Positions 48,639 through 57,208 of a DNA stretch of 64,000 bases are shown in pieces (the first letter of the stretch is position 1; the number at the start of each line of letters is the position of its first letter). Below the pieces are notes generated by a model that saw only the letters and a list, made by a program, of their open reading frames with translations, was not told the origin of the DNA and ran no database searches. The DNA comes from a virus. Its lineage: Duplodnaviria; Caudoviricetes. The stretch is taken from positions 23,452 through 87,451 of IMG/VR virus record IMGVR_UViG_2871875081_000002, one strand, 5' to 3'. The translations under genes were made by a program, and so were the position numbers.

Positions 48639-48798
48639 TGCTGAGAGTGAGAATGAAGCCGTACAGAAAGTGCAGGATGCCTATAATAATAGCGATATTA
48701 TTCTCGACTCTGAAAATTTCGCAGGTGAGGTAATTGAGATTGAACCAGACCAGCAGTTCTGCTCTGATTATGATGATTCTTACGAGCACATCGACTAG
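48583..48798 (+). CDS. DpnD/PcfM-like protein
   Basis: YVSVTEHLNKVVSVDAESENEAVQKVQDAY...IILDSENF pattern. Confidence 0.7.
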   Translation: MKRYYVSVTEHLNKVVSVDAESENEAVQKVQDAYNNSDIILDSENFAGEVIEIEPDQQFCSDYDDSYEHID

Positions 48799-48846
48799 CC
48801 AAACGGGGAGAGTAATCTCCCTACCAATAACCAAAACATCATAGAT

Positions 48847-49023
48847 ATGAAGAATTTAGGAATACAGGACATCTGTATGGTTAAGCACGGACTGGCTGCT
48901 TTGATAGCCAACGAGAAGGTCACTCTTAAAATCGCCATCAAGAAAGGCGACAAAGAGCAGATAGAAAGAAGTAACTCATATATTGATGAGGTAAATTCAG
49001 TTATCAAAAAACTAAACTCGTAG
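48847..49023 (+). CDS. Small helical protein (58 aa)
   Basis: MKNLGIQDICMVKHGL... Confidence 0.6.
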   Translation: MKNLGIQDICMVKHGLAALIANEKVTLKIAIKKGDKEQIERSNSYIDEVNSVIKKLNS

Positions 49024-49028
49024 GAATT

Positions 49029-49208
49029 ATGGGGAAAATCAAAGTAGGAATGAGAGTGTATTGTGACATACATTCTCAGTCAAAGGATCACATCGTGACT
49101 CACGTTTCAGAGAAAAGAGGATTCGCGGGAATTGATAACGAATACTGGTGGCCCATAGACCAGTGTTTCCCCTGCGATGAAATAACATTGCCTAAAAAGC
49201 GCAGCTAA
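49029..49208 (+). CDS. Small SH3/KOW-like protein (59 aa)
   Basis: MGKIKVGMRVYCD...YWWPIDQC. Confidence 0.6.
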   Translation: MGKIKVGMRVYCDIHSQSKDHIVTHVSEKRGFAGIDNEYWWPIDQCFPCDEITLPKKRS

Positions 49209-49240
49209 GGACTGCGCGCAATAACCAATACAGTAGAATT

Positions 49241-49693
49241 ATGACATACGACGAGATCATCAATGCAGTTGAGAATGGTGCAAAGTTCACAATCAACTTC
49301 CAGAAGAGAACATGTAGGGTGAATGGTAAGATAGTGATGTCCGAGGAAGATAAGCCGAAAGATACACCTTACCTGACACATGCAGTAGTTCTGTTCGCAA
49401 TAGAACAGAGATATAAGGCATACAAGCATTCTGTGCCATCAGAGCGTTCCGAATCCCATCGCCGCTACTACTTCAAGGCTTTGCCAGAGAAAGAGCTCAC
49501 AGACGAAGATATGATGTATGGTGAGCGACGGGAGGTAGCGAGATGCAAGCTAGAACTATACGTCCTTATGCAGCTGCTTAGAGGAAACCTTGCATGGGAG
49601 AACAGATGGGGAAGATGGTTCTGGAAGTCCGAGAACGACAAGGACCTGATTATCCTCAGAGACTGGGTTGAGCCAAACAAGGGTGGGGCGTAA
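49241..49693 (+). CDS. Hypothetical protein
   Basis: 150 aa. Confidence 0.78.
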   Translation: MTYDEIINAVENGAKFTINFQKRTCRVNGKIVMSEEDKPKDTPYLTHAVVLFAIEQRYKAYKHSVPSERSESHRRYYFKALPEKELTDEDMMYGERREVARCKLELYVLMQLLRGNLAWENRWGRWFWKSENDKDLIILRDWVEPNKGGA

Positions 49694-49750
49694 GCCTCAT
49701 CCACTAGAGTTAAATAAATTTTTAGTAACCAATTTAAAATAATTAGAATT

Positions 49751-50806
49751 ATGAAGCAGATTGTAACAATCACTGGTGAGAACTTGAACATCGTAACTAA
49801 CAATGTAGAGGCTACAGCAGCTACCGGTAAGAAGACCAAGGCGCAGATGCGACTCGAAGCTCTTAAGGCAGCAGGTGTTGATACTAGTAAATATTTCCCT
49901 CTCGGTGACGACCAGCTTATCAAAATCGAAAATGGCGCAGCAGTTCCTGTAGACATGGACGATGCAACCATCGATGCGGTAGGCAAGCAGATTGTCGAGG
50001 GTGGATACGTAAGTAACTGGAAGCTCTTCCGTCGTTGGGTGATGAGTCAGATGTTCCACATGTTGCGAGACATGGATAAGAACGGACGCACATTCAACGA
50101 GGTGTTGCAGCACAAGGGCTACGAGTATCAGTGGCGCATGTTGGAGAACGAGCTGTATGCTCAGATGAAGATGTGTGACCACAAGGACTACGAGAACACC
50201 AAGGCGAGAAATCGCTGGTTCAACGGCTGCGTAGCACACGATATGGCTATTGACTATATTAACAAGCTTCGCAGCTACATTGACGACAAGTGCATCTACA
50301 CTACCAAGAAAGACAAGGATGGAAACGAGAAGAAGACATACAAGCATACCTGCAAGGGTAATCCTTATATCCGTCTTCAGAACGAGGACATTTTTGTCGC
50401 AGACTTGGAGAAAAAGGTCTATACTCCTCTCCGTAACCTTGCCAACAAAATGGGTGCTGCAACGACCTACAAGGAGCTCTACGATGCAGTTCGCGAGTTC
50501 AACAAGAACCGCAAGCATCTCGCATGGGATACCAAGCAGGCAGATGCATTCATTCATGCTTACAAAGGGTCTGGTTCCTACTACACGATGAGAAACCTCA
50601 TCATGTTCCATGGAGCAAGATTCATGAAGAACGGACGAAAGATGTCAGAGGCTAATTCTCTGAAGGAACTTGAGTCTAAAGCCAAGCTCTACGATGAAGA
50701 GGGTTGGAAGATGCTCGGTGTACTCAAGCAGCTTATCAAGGACAATAATATAAGCGTACAGGGCAAGATTCTTGAATGGAAGAAAGCCAAGAGCGAGAAC
50801 AAGTAA
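49751..50806 (+). CDS. Hypothetical protein
   Basis: 351-aa ORF with strong coding-like composition. Confidence 0.85.
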   Translation: MKQIVTITGENLNIVTNNVEATAATGKKTKAQMRLEALKAAGVDTSKYFPLGDDQLIKIENGAAVPVDMDDATIDAVGKQIVEGGYVSNWKLFRRWVMSQMFHMLRDMDKNGRTFNEVLQHKGYEYQWRMLENELYAQMKMCDHKDYENTKARNRWFNGCVAHDMAIDYINKLRSYIDDKCIYTTKKDKDGNEKKTYKHTCKGNPYIRLQNEDIFVADLEKKVYTPLRNLANKMGAATTYKELYDAVREFNKNRKHLAWDTKQADAFIHAYKGSGSYYTMRNLIMFHGARFMKNGRKMSEANSLKELESKAKLYDEEGWKMLGVLKQLIKDNNISVQGKILEWKKAKSENK

Positions 50807-50838
50807 TCATCAGTAAGACGTAAGGTTCGCCGCCTGAA

Positions 50839-50976
50839 GAATGGTGGCCCGGCAGCTATGTGTTTACAAGAGCTTCTTCAACGAAGGATCTCCTCCAGTC
50901 ACTACTGGAGGTAATCCTTCGAGCTAAAGCTCTCTAGATCGAACTTATAGAGTAAGGCGCCAGCCGGGAGCCATTC
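50839..50976 (+). ncRNA. Candidate structured RNA element (three-way junction)
   Basis: Six nested helices identified by hand in a non-coding gap. Confidence 0.5.
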
Positions 50977-51040
50977 TAGCCAAAAGTCGGTTACTTATTC
51001 GGTAACCGATTCAATGTTTAACCAAATAAAATGAGGAATT

Positions 51041-51463
51041 ATGAAGAAAATCAAGAAGATAATCTATGTAGACAAGCTTACTCCAGCACCCCTTGACAAC
51101 AAGAATGTCATGCTGGACTGGTGGGAAGAGAATATGTTCGACGACGGAAGCTACGCATTCTCAGGTAATACGTATCTAGGATTCATTGCCGGTGTTCCGG
51201 TAATGGCCACAGTCAAGAGCAATGTTGTCGAGCTGAAATGTATCCCGCAGCCCTACAGAAGCACGGACAAGCTTGATGATTTCGGAAATGCAGTCATAAA
51301 AAACTTGACTGAAGACGAATGTCACCTAACGACCTACATGGTTCCGGCGTACAAGCAGTACATAGATGACGAGCGTGAGGGAGACGCAAAACTACTAATA
51401 TCGTTCTCCATCTACGAAGACGAAGCGACGATTTCATTCCATTGGAACATACCGAAAGATTAG
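51041..51463 (+). CDS. Hypothetical protein
   Basis: 140 aa. Confidence 0.78.
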   Translation: MKKIKKIIYVDKLTPAPLDNKNVMLDWWEENMFDDGSYAFSGNTYLGFIAGVPVMATVKSNVVELKCIPQPYRSTDKLDDFGNAVIKNLTEDECHLTTYMVPAYKQYIDDEREGDAKLLISFSIYEDEATISFHWNIPKD

Positions 51464-51596
51464 CCAAACATGTCAGTCGTTAACAGCGGCTGACTACTCA
51501 TATCATAACTAAATTTTGTTTAAATGGTTCAAAGCCGGTCTGTCGTGAGACACGCCGGTTTTTTGTTCCCAAAGTTTAACCAATTAAATTAGAATT

Positions 51597-52301
51597 ATGA
51601 GTAGAAATTACTGGACATTAGGTAAGGAAGGAATGAAGACTCGTCTGTCAAAGGCACAGGCAGCTTATGAGAACGCAGTAGAGAACGTCAGCGACTTGCA
51701 TGTCAAGATCAGTGATGGCAACACAAAATTGGGAGCTATCCCATCCGTGTCGCTCATCCCGGTCATGGATTGCGGTAACTGTGCAATATGCGCCAAGAGC
51801 TGCTACGACCTCCGCAACGACTTCATCTATAAAGAGGTTATCAAGACGAGAGCTATCAACTCTGCCATCCTCCACGAGGATCCTGAGCGATACTTCAAGG
51901 AGATTGACGGATATCTTGACTACAGATTCCCTCGTGCATTCCGATTCCACATCGGCGGCGACATACAGGACAAATGGCATCTTGATAAGATGTGCGAGAT
52001 TGCTCGCAAGCATAAGGATACCAAGTTCCTGGCGTTCACGAAGATGTTCGATGTGTGTAACGAGTACCTTGATGAAGGAAACGTCATTCCTGAGAACATG
52101 CACATCCTATTCAGCGGATGGCTTGGTCTCAAGATGGATAACCGCCACGGATTTCCGGAGGCGCATCCTATCTTCGAGAGCGGAACGTCTGCTCCGGAAG
52201 GAACACGTCTATGTACCGGAAACTGCACAGAGTGTCTGAAGGAAGATAGGTTGTGCTGGTCTATCGGGAAAGGACAGGCGGTAGGATTCCTCGCACACTA
52301 G
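51597..52301 (+). CDS. Gp88-like Cys-rich phage protein (radical SAM-like)
   Basis: GNTKLG...SL...CxxCxxCxxxCY...FRFHIGGD...FLAFTK. Confidence 0.75.
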   Translation: MSRNYWTLGKEGMKTRLSKAQAAYENAVENVSDLHVKISDGNTKLGAIPSVSLIPVMDCGNCAICAKSCYDLRNDFIYKEVIKTRAINSAILHEDPERYFKEIDGYLDYRFPRAFRFHIGGDIQDKWHLDKMCEIARKHKDTKFLAFTKMFDVCNEYLDEGNVIPENMHILFSGWLGLKMDNRHGFPEAHPIFESGTSAPEGTRLCTGNCTECLKEDRLCWSIGKGQAVGFLAH

Positions 52302-52361
52302 CCAAAATCCTCGTCAGGAATGACGGGGTACATTATGTCTAACCAATTAAAATTTTGAATT

Positions 52362-52796
52362 ATGGCAACAGCAAGAAGAGGTACAAGAATGCTCAAAGCT
52401 TCTGACATCATGAAGAGAAAGGGCATTGTCCAGAAACAGATGGACATGGACAAGTTCAACGAGGTTGTAGAGAATTTCTTTATGACCCATGAGCCTAAGG
52501 AAACGATTCTCCTAACTCCGAAGAGATTCATCGAGATGGATAACCCGCCAGAGGGAGACTTCATTGACTATCTCGATGTCAGCGTTTGGGAGAAGAAGAG
52601 TGAGGACCCGGATGACCCGTTCGACTTCATAGACTATCAGTTCATGAAGAAGAACGGTATGCTCCGTCCTATCCTTATGGTGAACGAGCCTTTCATCGGC
52701 AATGCTGCCGGGTGGCTGAGAGATTTTTGTGGATTCACTGTGAAGAGCAGAACACGAAAGAAGAAGAAGGAATACATCGTGTCTCTGCCGGTGTAA
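52362..52796 (+). CDS. Hypothetical protein
   Basis: 144 aa. Confidence 0.75.
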   Translation: MATARRGTRMLKASDIMKRKGIVQKQMDMDKFNEVVENFFMTHEPKETILLTPKRFIEMDNPPEGDFIDYLDVSVWEKKSEDPDDPFDFIDYQFMKKNGMLRPILMVNEPFIGNAAGWLRDFCGFTVKSRTRKKKKEYIVSLPV

Positions 52797-52855
52797 AGCC
52801 GAACAAGGCGTGGAACAATCCGTTTCACGCTCCTAGTATTAACCAATTAAAATTT

Positions 52856-53455
52856 ATGAATATGACTGATATTGAAAGAGTAAAGAGATTCGCATCCGAG
52901 AATGATTACCCAGGTGAGACATTGGACACAATCAACTGCTTCCGCAGACACAGTAAGACTCCAAAGGAAGACCTCGACAGCCTGGATAAGGCAACCGATG
53001 AGGACTGGCTAGGTCTTATAGATGAGTACGAGGGCAATGGAATCAACTGGAAGGGAGAGTTCTCGGACGTTAACGGAAACAGCGTAACGCTAGGCGACAA
53101 GGTTATGTGGAACAATCCGGATCCTGATGATTTCGCTAAGTGGTACGAGAATTTCAAGATATGCACCGTAGAAGATATATCAGGAGACCGAATATCACTC
53201 AAGGACGATGACGGAGATACGTTCGATGTAACCGAGGATGAATGTACTTTAGTTCGAAAGCCTGACTACAAGCTATATGAGGACGAGAAGTATCACTATG
53301 GAGTGTGTGGAATGCTCCAGGATATCGAGAATGCCCGCACAATGACGAGCTATATCCATGATGACGACCTCAGATGGAAGCTTGATGCTGCGTGCAGATG
53401 GTTCAAGGAACACATTGAGGCTGAGATTGCCAATCACATCGTAGAGAACCAGTAA
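52856..53455 (+). CDS. Acidic hypothetical protein with SH3/KOW-like segment
   Basis: Likely start MNMTDIE at 52856; DVNGNSVTLGDKV. Confidence 0.75.
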   Translation: MNMTDIERVKRFASENDYPGETLDTINCFRRHSKTPKEDLDSLDKATDEDWLGLIDEYEGNGINWKGEFSDVNGNSVTLGDKVMWNNPDPDDFAKWYENFKICTVEDISGDRISLKDDDGDTFDVTEDECTLVRKPDYKLYEDEKYHYGVCGMLQDIENARTMTSYIHDDDLRWKLDAACRWFKEHIEAEIANHIVENQ

Positions 53456-53511
53456 TCCAAACAAGCCTGCCAGGAACGGCGGGCATCAAGTTAAACCAAA
53501 ATATTAAGATT

Positions 53512-53832
53512 ATGGATAGAAAAGTATTGAAAGACAAGATTGATGAGTTGCGTTCAACAGCAAAGATGGAGCTTGCATGCACCATCCGTGAGATAATGAG
53601 AGAGCACGGAATCCTCAGCAAAGAGCTGAAGCATCCGGTTATGTGCAGCGACAAAATATTCGAAGCTGTCCTCATTGAAATTAATGACGAGGACACCTCC
53701 ATCCCGGCTATCACGCTCCGTGTAATGAGCTACAAAAGAGTGGCGAAGAGAGTGTCCTCTACGGATTTCGAGATGGATATCGAGTCGCTCGCCCGTATTG
53801 CTTACGGGCTAAACGATGAGTTCGAAAGTTAA
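53512..53832 (+). CDS. Hypothetical protein
   Basis: 106 aa. Confidence 0.75.
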   Translation: MDRKVLKDKIDELRSTAKMELACTIREIMREHGILSKELKHPVMCSDKIFEAVLIEINDEDTSIPAITLRVMSYKRVAKRVSSTDFEMDIESLARIAYGLNDEFES

Positions 53833-53881
53833 TTTAGCGTTAAAAACGGCAAAGATGATGGTTTATATTATAAACTTTTCG

Positions 53882-53889
53882 TATCTTTG
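53882..53889 (+). promoter_or_regulatory. -7 promoter element (TATCTTTG) for the internal recombinase
   Basis: 27 bp upstream of the ATG at 53916. Confidence 0.55.
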
Positions 53890-53915
53890 CCACTAGTAAC
53901 CAAAATATTAGAATT

Positions 53916-54935
53916 ATGACAGAAGAAATAAGAATCAAGACAAGAGATTGGGAGAGACTTCTGAGCTACACTCAGCAGCAGAAGTACAAGACTGCCATCA
54001 AGCAGGGTTGGTTCGCCAATTATCACAGCAACGCCTGGAGGCATGACACGTTCTATGGCGCATACATCTGGAAATACCCGAAGCTTATTAAGGTTGTAAG
54101 GATGTTCGAAGAGATGCTTGGACATAAGCCATTATGGGAAGACATCACCGACGACAATCTGCGCGACCTCTTCGAGAAGATCCAGGAGAACTACGCTCCT
54201 AACTCGGCAAGAACCGTATGCGCAACCATCAAGGCTGTGATACGTGAGAACGATGCTACCAGGGAAATTCCTAGTCCTACGTTCGGCAGAATACTTAGAG
54301 CGAAGGCTGTACCGGTCCAGTCTGTATATCTCTCTGATGAGGAGATAAACAGAATCATAAAGTACAACCCTCACGGGAAAACAAAAAGATATGTTCAGAG
54401 AATGTTTATCATGGAATGTCTCTGTGGCGCACGTTACAGCGACTGCCAGAGAATGACGGAAGAGAACATAGATGATACCGGACACTTCCTCGTCTATGTT
54501 ACTCAGAAGACAAAGACCGAGGTAAGGGTTCCACTTCACAAGAAGCTCCGTAAGTTCCTCGTATGCGGTACTGGTGACGAGCCTCTTCCGGGTGAGATAG
54601 GTGAAAGGACGTTCAATAGAGCACTCCGCGAAATCTGTCGTGACTGCGGAATAGATACGAATACAAAGGTGTTCAAAGCTGGAAAGGAAGAGACAGGAAA
54701 GAAGTATCGGTTCGTATCATCCCATACGGGCAGACGCTCGTTCGCAACGAATCTCTCAAAGAAGGGAGTACCTCTTGAGCAGATTGCCGTCATGATGGGA
54801 CATACCAGTAACGGTATGCCTAATATACAGATGACACAGCGCTACATTGTCGGTAAGACCGAGATTGACAGCAATACACTGAGATTGTTCGGCGTCTATG
54901 AAGAAGACCTCGATAATGGTCTAGATGAGGATTAA
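53916..54935 (+). CDS. Tyrosine recombinase lacking an obvious arm-binding domain
   Basis: GARYSD (R), QKT (K), HTGRR (HxxR), MMGH (H), QRY (Y); SAM-like core-binding domain. Confidence 0.9.
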   Translation: MTEEIRIKTRDWERLLSYTQQQKYKTAIKQGWFANYHSNAWRHDTFYGAYIWKYPKLIKVVRMFEEMLGHKPLWEDITDDNLRDLFEKIQENYAPNSARTVCATIKAVIRENDATREIPSPTFGRILRAKAVPVQSVYLSDEEINRIIKYNPHGKTKRYVQRMFIMECLCGARYSDCQRMTEENIDDTGHFLVYVTQKTKTEVRVPLHKKLRKFLVCGTGDEPLPGEIGERTFNRALREICRDCGIDTNTKVFKAGKEETGKKYRFVSSHTGRRSFATNLSKKGVPLEQIAVMMGHTSNGMPNIQMTQRYIVGKTEIDSNTLRLFGVYEEDLDNGLDED

Positions 54936-54992
54936 GCTAAAACTGGAGGTGGTTAGCTGCCATCTCCTGCCATTGTTTAACCAATTAAAATA

Positions 54993-55421
54993 ATGAATAT
55001 GGTAGAAGATTATACAGTAGAAGAGTTGAATAAACTCATCAATGAGTGCCGGAAGAAGTACGAAAAGCTAGAAAAGGAGACCGTTATGAAGGCTCTGACT
55101 GGTGAGATTGGCACGAACTCCGCAATGGTGGAAGAGTTGGAGATTCTCAACATCCACTATCACGATGAAATGGATGAGTACGACATCACTGCACCTGACC
55201 TGAATCCAGATCTTATCGAAAACTTCAAGAAGGCAGAGCGTGATGGCAAGAACGTCATCTTCGAGGCACAGGAATATCTTAAGATTCTGGGAATGTGCGA
55301 AGAGATGTTCAACCAGAAGATGTGGGTCAACGAAGATGGCCACATATGCGATGAAGAAGGTAATAGACTTTCCGCCGACAGAGAACATCGTGTTTTCGAA
55401 GTTGTTAAGTGCGGGAAATAA
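54993..55421 (+). CDS. Acidic hypothetical protein
   Basis: 142 aa. Confidence 0.75.
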   Translation: MNMVEDYTVEELNKLINECRKKYEKLEKETVMKALTGEIGTNSAMVEELEILNIHYHDEMDEYDITAPDLNPDLIENFKKAERDGKNVIFEAQEYLKILGMCEEMFNQKMWVNEDGHICDEEGNRLSADREHRVFEVVKCGK

Positions 55422-55587
55422 GATATTTCTAGTTTTTCATAGCTAGATTGTTTAAATGATTGTCCTCTCTTGCCCGTGAGGGTAGGAGGGGATTTTTTAA
55501 AACGGCCCCGATTAGCCAAAAATAGGGAGCTTCGGCTCCTGCAATTATTAACAAAGCCCTATCGCATCACGGTGAAGCGAAAAGAAT

Positions 55588-55746
55588 ATGAGACAAGGTT
55601 TTTATGAGTGCATCGAGCACAATCGCAAGAATAGAAAGAAGGCTATTGATGAAATGCCTTATGCGAGCAAAGTAGTCGCTGTTGTAGGTGGCTATATGGG
55701 TTTCGAGTCTTGGGATGATTACGAAATCTGGAAAAATCAAAAATAA
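55588..55746 (+). CDS. Small protein (52 aa)
   Basis: MRQGFYECIEHNRK...VVGGYMGFESWDDY. Confidence 0.65.
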   Translation: MRQGFYECIEHNRKNRKKAIDEMPYASKVVAVVGGYMGFESWDDYEIWKNQK

Positions 55747-55788
55747 GCAATTACATTCAGCCCTCGCTATCACGGTCAAAGCAATCTT

Positions 55789-56097
55789 ATGATAACAACT
55801 AATATCAAATTCAACCGGGTTGTTGCAAAGGAAAATTTCAACAACAACAGTATCGAAGAACTGAAGAACGCTATTGAGAGAGGCATCCTTAGCGAAACAG
55901 GTCTGATTGTCGCAAGTGACATGAAAAAGGCAAAAGAAATATTGAACCCCGATGGTAGTCTTGAGATACAGAAGACCGTTGCAGGAGAAGCTATTGCCTT
56001 CCTCGCTGATGAGACCGCAGTGTCGGTAAGACTTATCCAATACAACCCTCATGGTCTTTTAAAATTCGTCTACACGATAAAAGCAACGGAAATCTGA
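55789..56097 (+). CDS. Hypothetical protein
   Basis: 102 aa. Confidence 0.72.
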   Translation: MITTNIKFNRVVAKENFNNNSIEELKNAIERGILSETGLIVASDMKKAKEILNPDGSLEIQKTVAGEAIAFLADETAVSVRLIQYNPHGLLKFVYTIKATEI

Positions 56098-56143
56098 TGT
56101 AAAACAACCCTTTAGCCCTCGACATCACGGTAAAGTCAGTAAA

Positions 56144-56446
56144 ATGGAAAATTGTCTTGAAAAAGTTGTAAAAGAGAATGGCAATATAAACTTAAACGAA
56201 TTAAGTTGGAAGCAGGTCGTTGCACTCCTGAACGCCTGGAATTCCAGCTTCGCAAGAAATGAGAACACTTCGTTCTCGGAGATGGTGAAGCGATGTTATA
56301 AATCACGTCCATGGCACGAGAATGCGAATATTATCTATTTGCATCGAGATAACAAGAAAACTACCATCCTCCCTCACGCCTGTTATAACCTCGACGAGGC
56401 AGAGGAAAATATGATATTTAATTTGCTCAAAAAGCAATTAAAGTGA
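56144..56446 (+). CDS. Hypothetical protein
   Basis: 100 aa. Confidence 0.72.
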   Translation: MENCLEKVVKENGNINLNELSWKQVVALLNAWNSSFARNENTSFSEMVKRCYKSRPWHENANIIYLHRDNKKTTILPHACYNLDEAEENMIFNLLKKQLK

Positions 56447-56465
56447 ATCTCTACGGATGCAGTAG

Positions 56466-56642
56466 AACGAAAAAGCCCCGACCTAAGCCGGGGCTACCAC
56501 AGACCATTACAGTCTGACATCTACGATAGTAGAAATTTGCTCTTTATGAGCGTTTAAATCCACAATTCCGAAGAATTGACCGTCAACGGAAGTTTATTTT
56601 TATTACTATTCCATAAAGGTTCGATTAAAGTCTTCCGAAGAC
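56466..56642 (-). ncRNA. Candidate multi-hairpin small RNA (~175 nt)
   Basis: -7 element TATCTTTG (56648-56655, minus), five short hairpins, then terminator AGCCCCG...CGGGGCT-TTTT. Confidence 0.55.
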
Positions 56643-56712
56643 ATGTGCAAAGATAGTGGATCTATTTCAGAAAACAATATTTATTCAACAACAATTAACG
56701 AATTTAACTAAT

Positions 56713-56931
56713 ATGTACAAAGTCATAAGTACAGAACATCATTTTTATCCTCATGTCGTGCTAGAATTGCAGGATACCGCCACCAAAGAGACAAAGTGGT
56801 GGTGCTACGCTGACTTTCATGACGAGGACTTGTGCAAGGAGCTTGGGGTGAATGACCTTACCGGTTGTACCCTTGACAAACAGCCAAGTCACGGGACCTG
56901 GATATCCAAGGAGGATATAGGGCATCTGTAA
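56713..56931 (+). CDS. Hypothetical protein (72 aa)
   Basis: Likely start MYKVISTE. Confidence 0.65.
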   Translation: MYKVISTEHHFYPHVVLELQDTATKETKWWCYADFHDEDLCKELGVNDLTGCTLDKQPSHGTWISKEDIGHL

Positions 56932-57208
56932 TCGTAGGTTCTCATACAACTAGCCGCTTATCACTTAACAGATAGGCGGCTATTTTATTAAGATAACCAC
57001 CCAAAAAGCAACGAAAATCACACTTTTTTCTTAAACTACGTTAATTGTAAATATTCTGTACTTTAATGAATGTTTCAATCTACTGTTTTTACCTCGCTTG
57101 AAACCTTTAGCTATACCAGTATCTTTAAAACGTTTGTCCTCACTTTTTACTTTAATAAGTTCGGTTTATGGCATAAACGGAACTATTGCACGGAATAGAA
57201 AATCGTCG

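Larger units (their letters stand above)
42980..55550 (+). repeat. Array of ~27 intergenic junction elements (TAGCCAAA-like box, variable hairpin, AACCAA, GAATTATG)
   Basis: Exact TAGCCAAA at 43966, 44227, 44615, 45748, 46552, 48796, 50977, 51461, 52299 and 55513, plus about 17 variants, each followed by a hairpin. Confidence 0.88.
55555..56137 (+). repeat. Three copies of AGCCCT plus covarying stem with ATCACGGTNAA loop
   Basis: 55555-55579, 55759-55782 and 56114-56137, each 6-8 nt upstream of a start codon. Confidence 0.85.

Noticed and set aside
49697-50611. 304-aa minus-strand ORF
   Set aside because: Shadow of the 351-aa array gene, which has the conserved junction start.
42980-55550. 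Canonical integron attC array
   Set aside because: GCCTAAC fits RYYYAAC and GTTAAAC fits GTTRRRY in only a few junctions; most lack complementary R boxes, and the recombinase is not divergent upstream. Kept only as an analogy.
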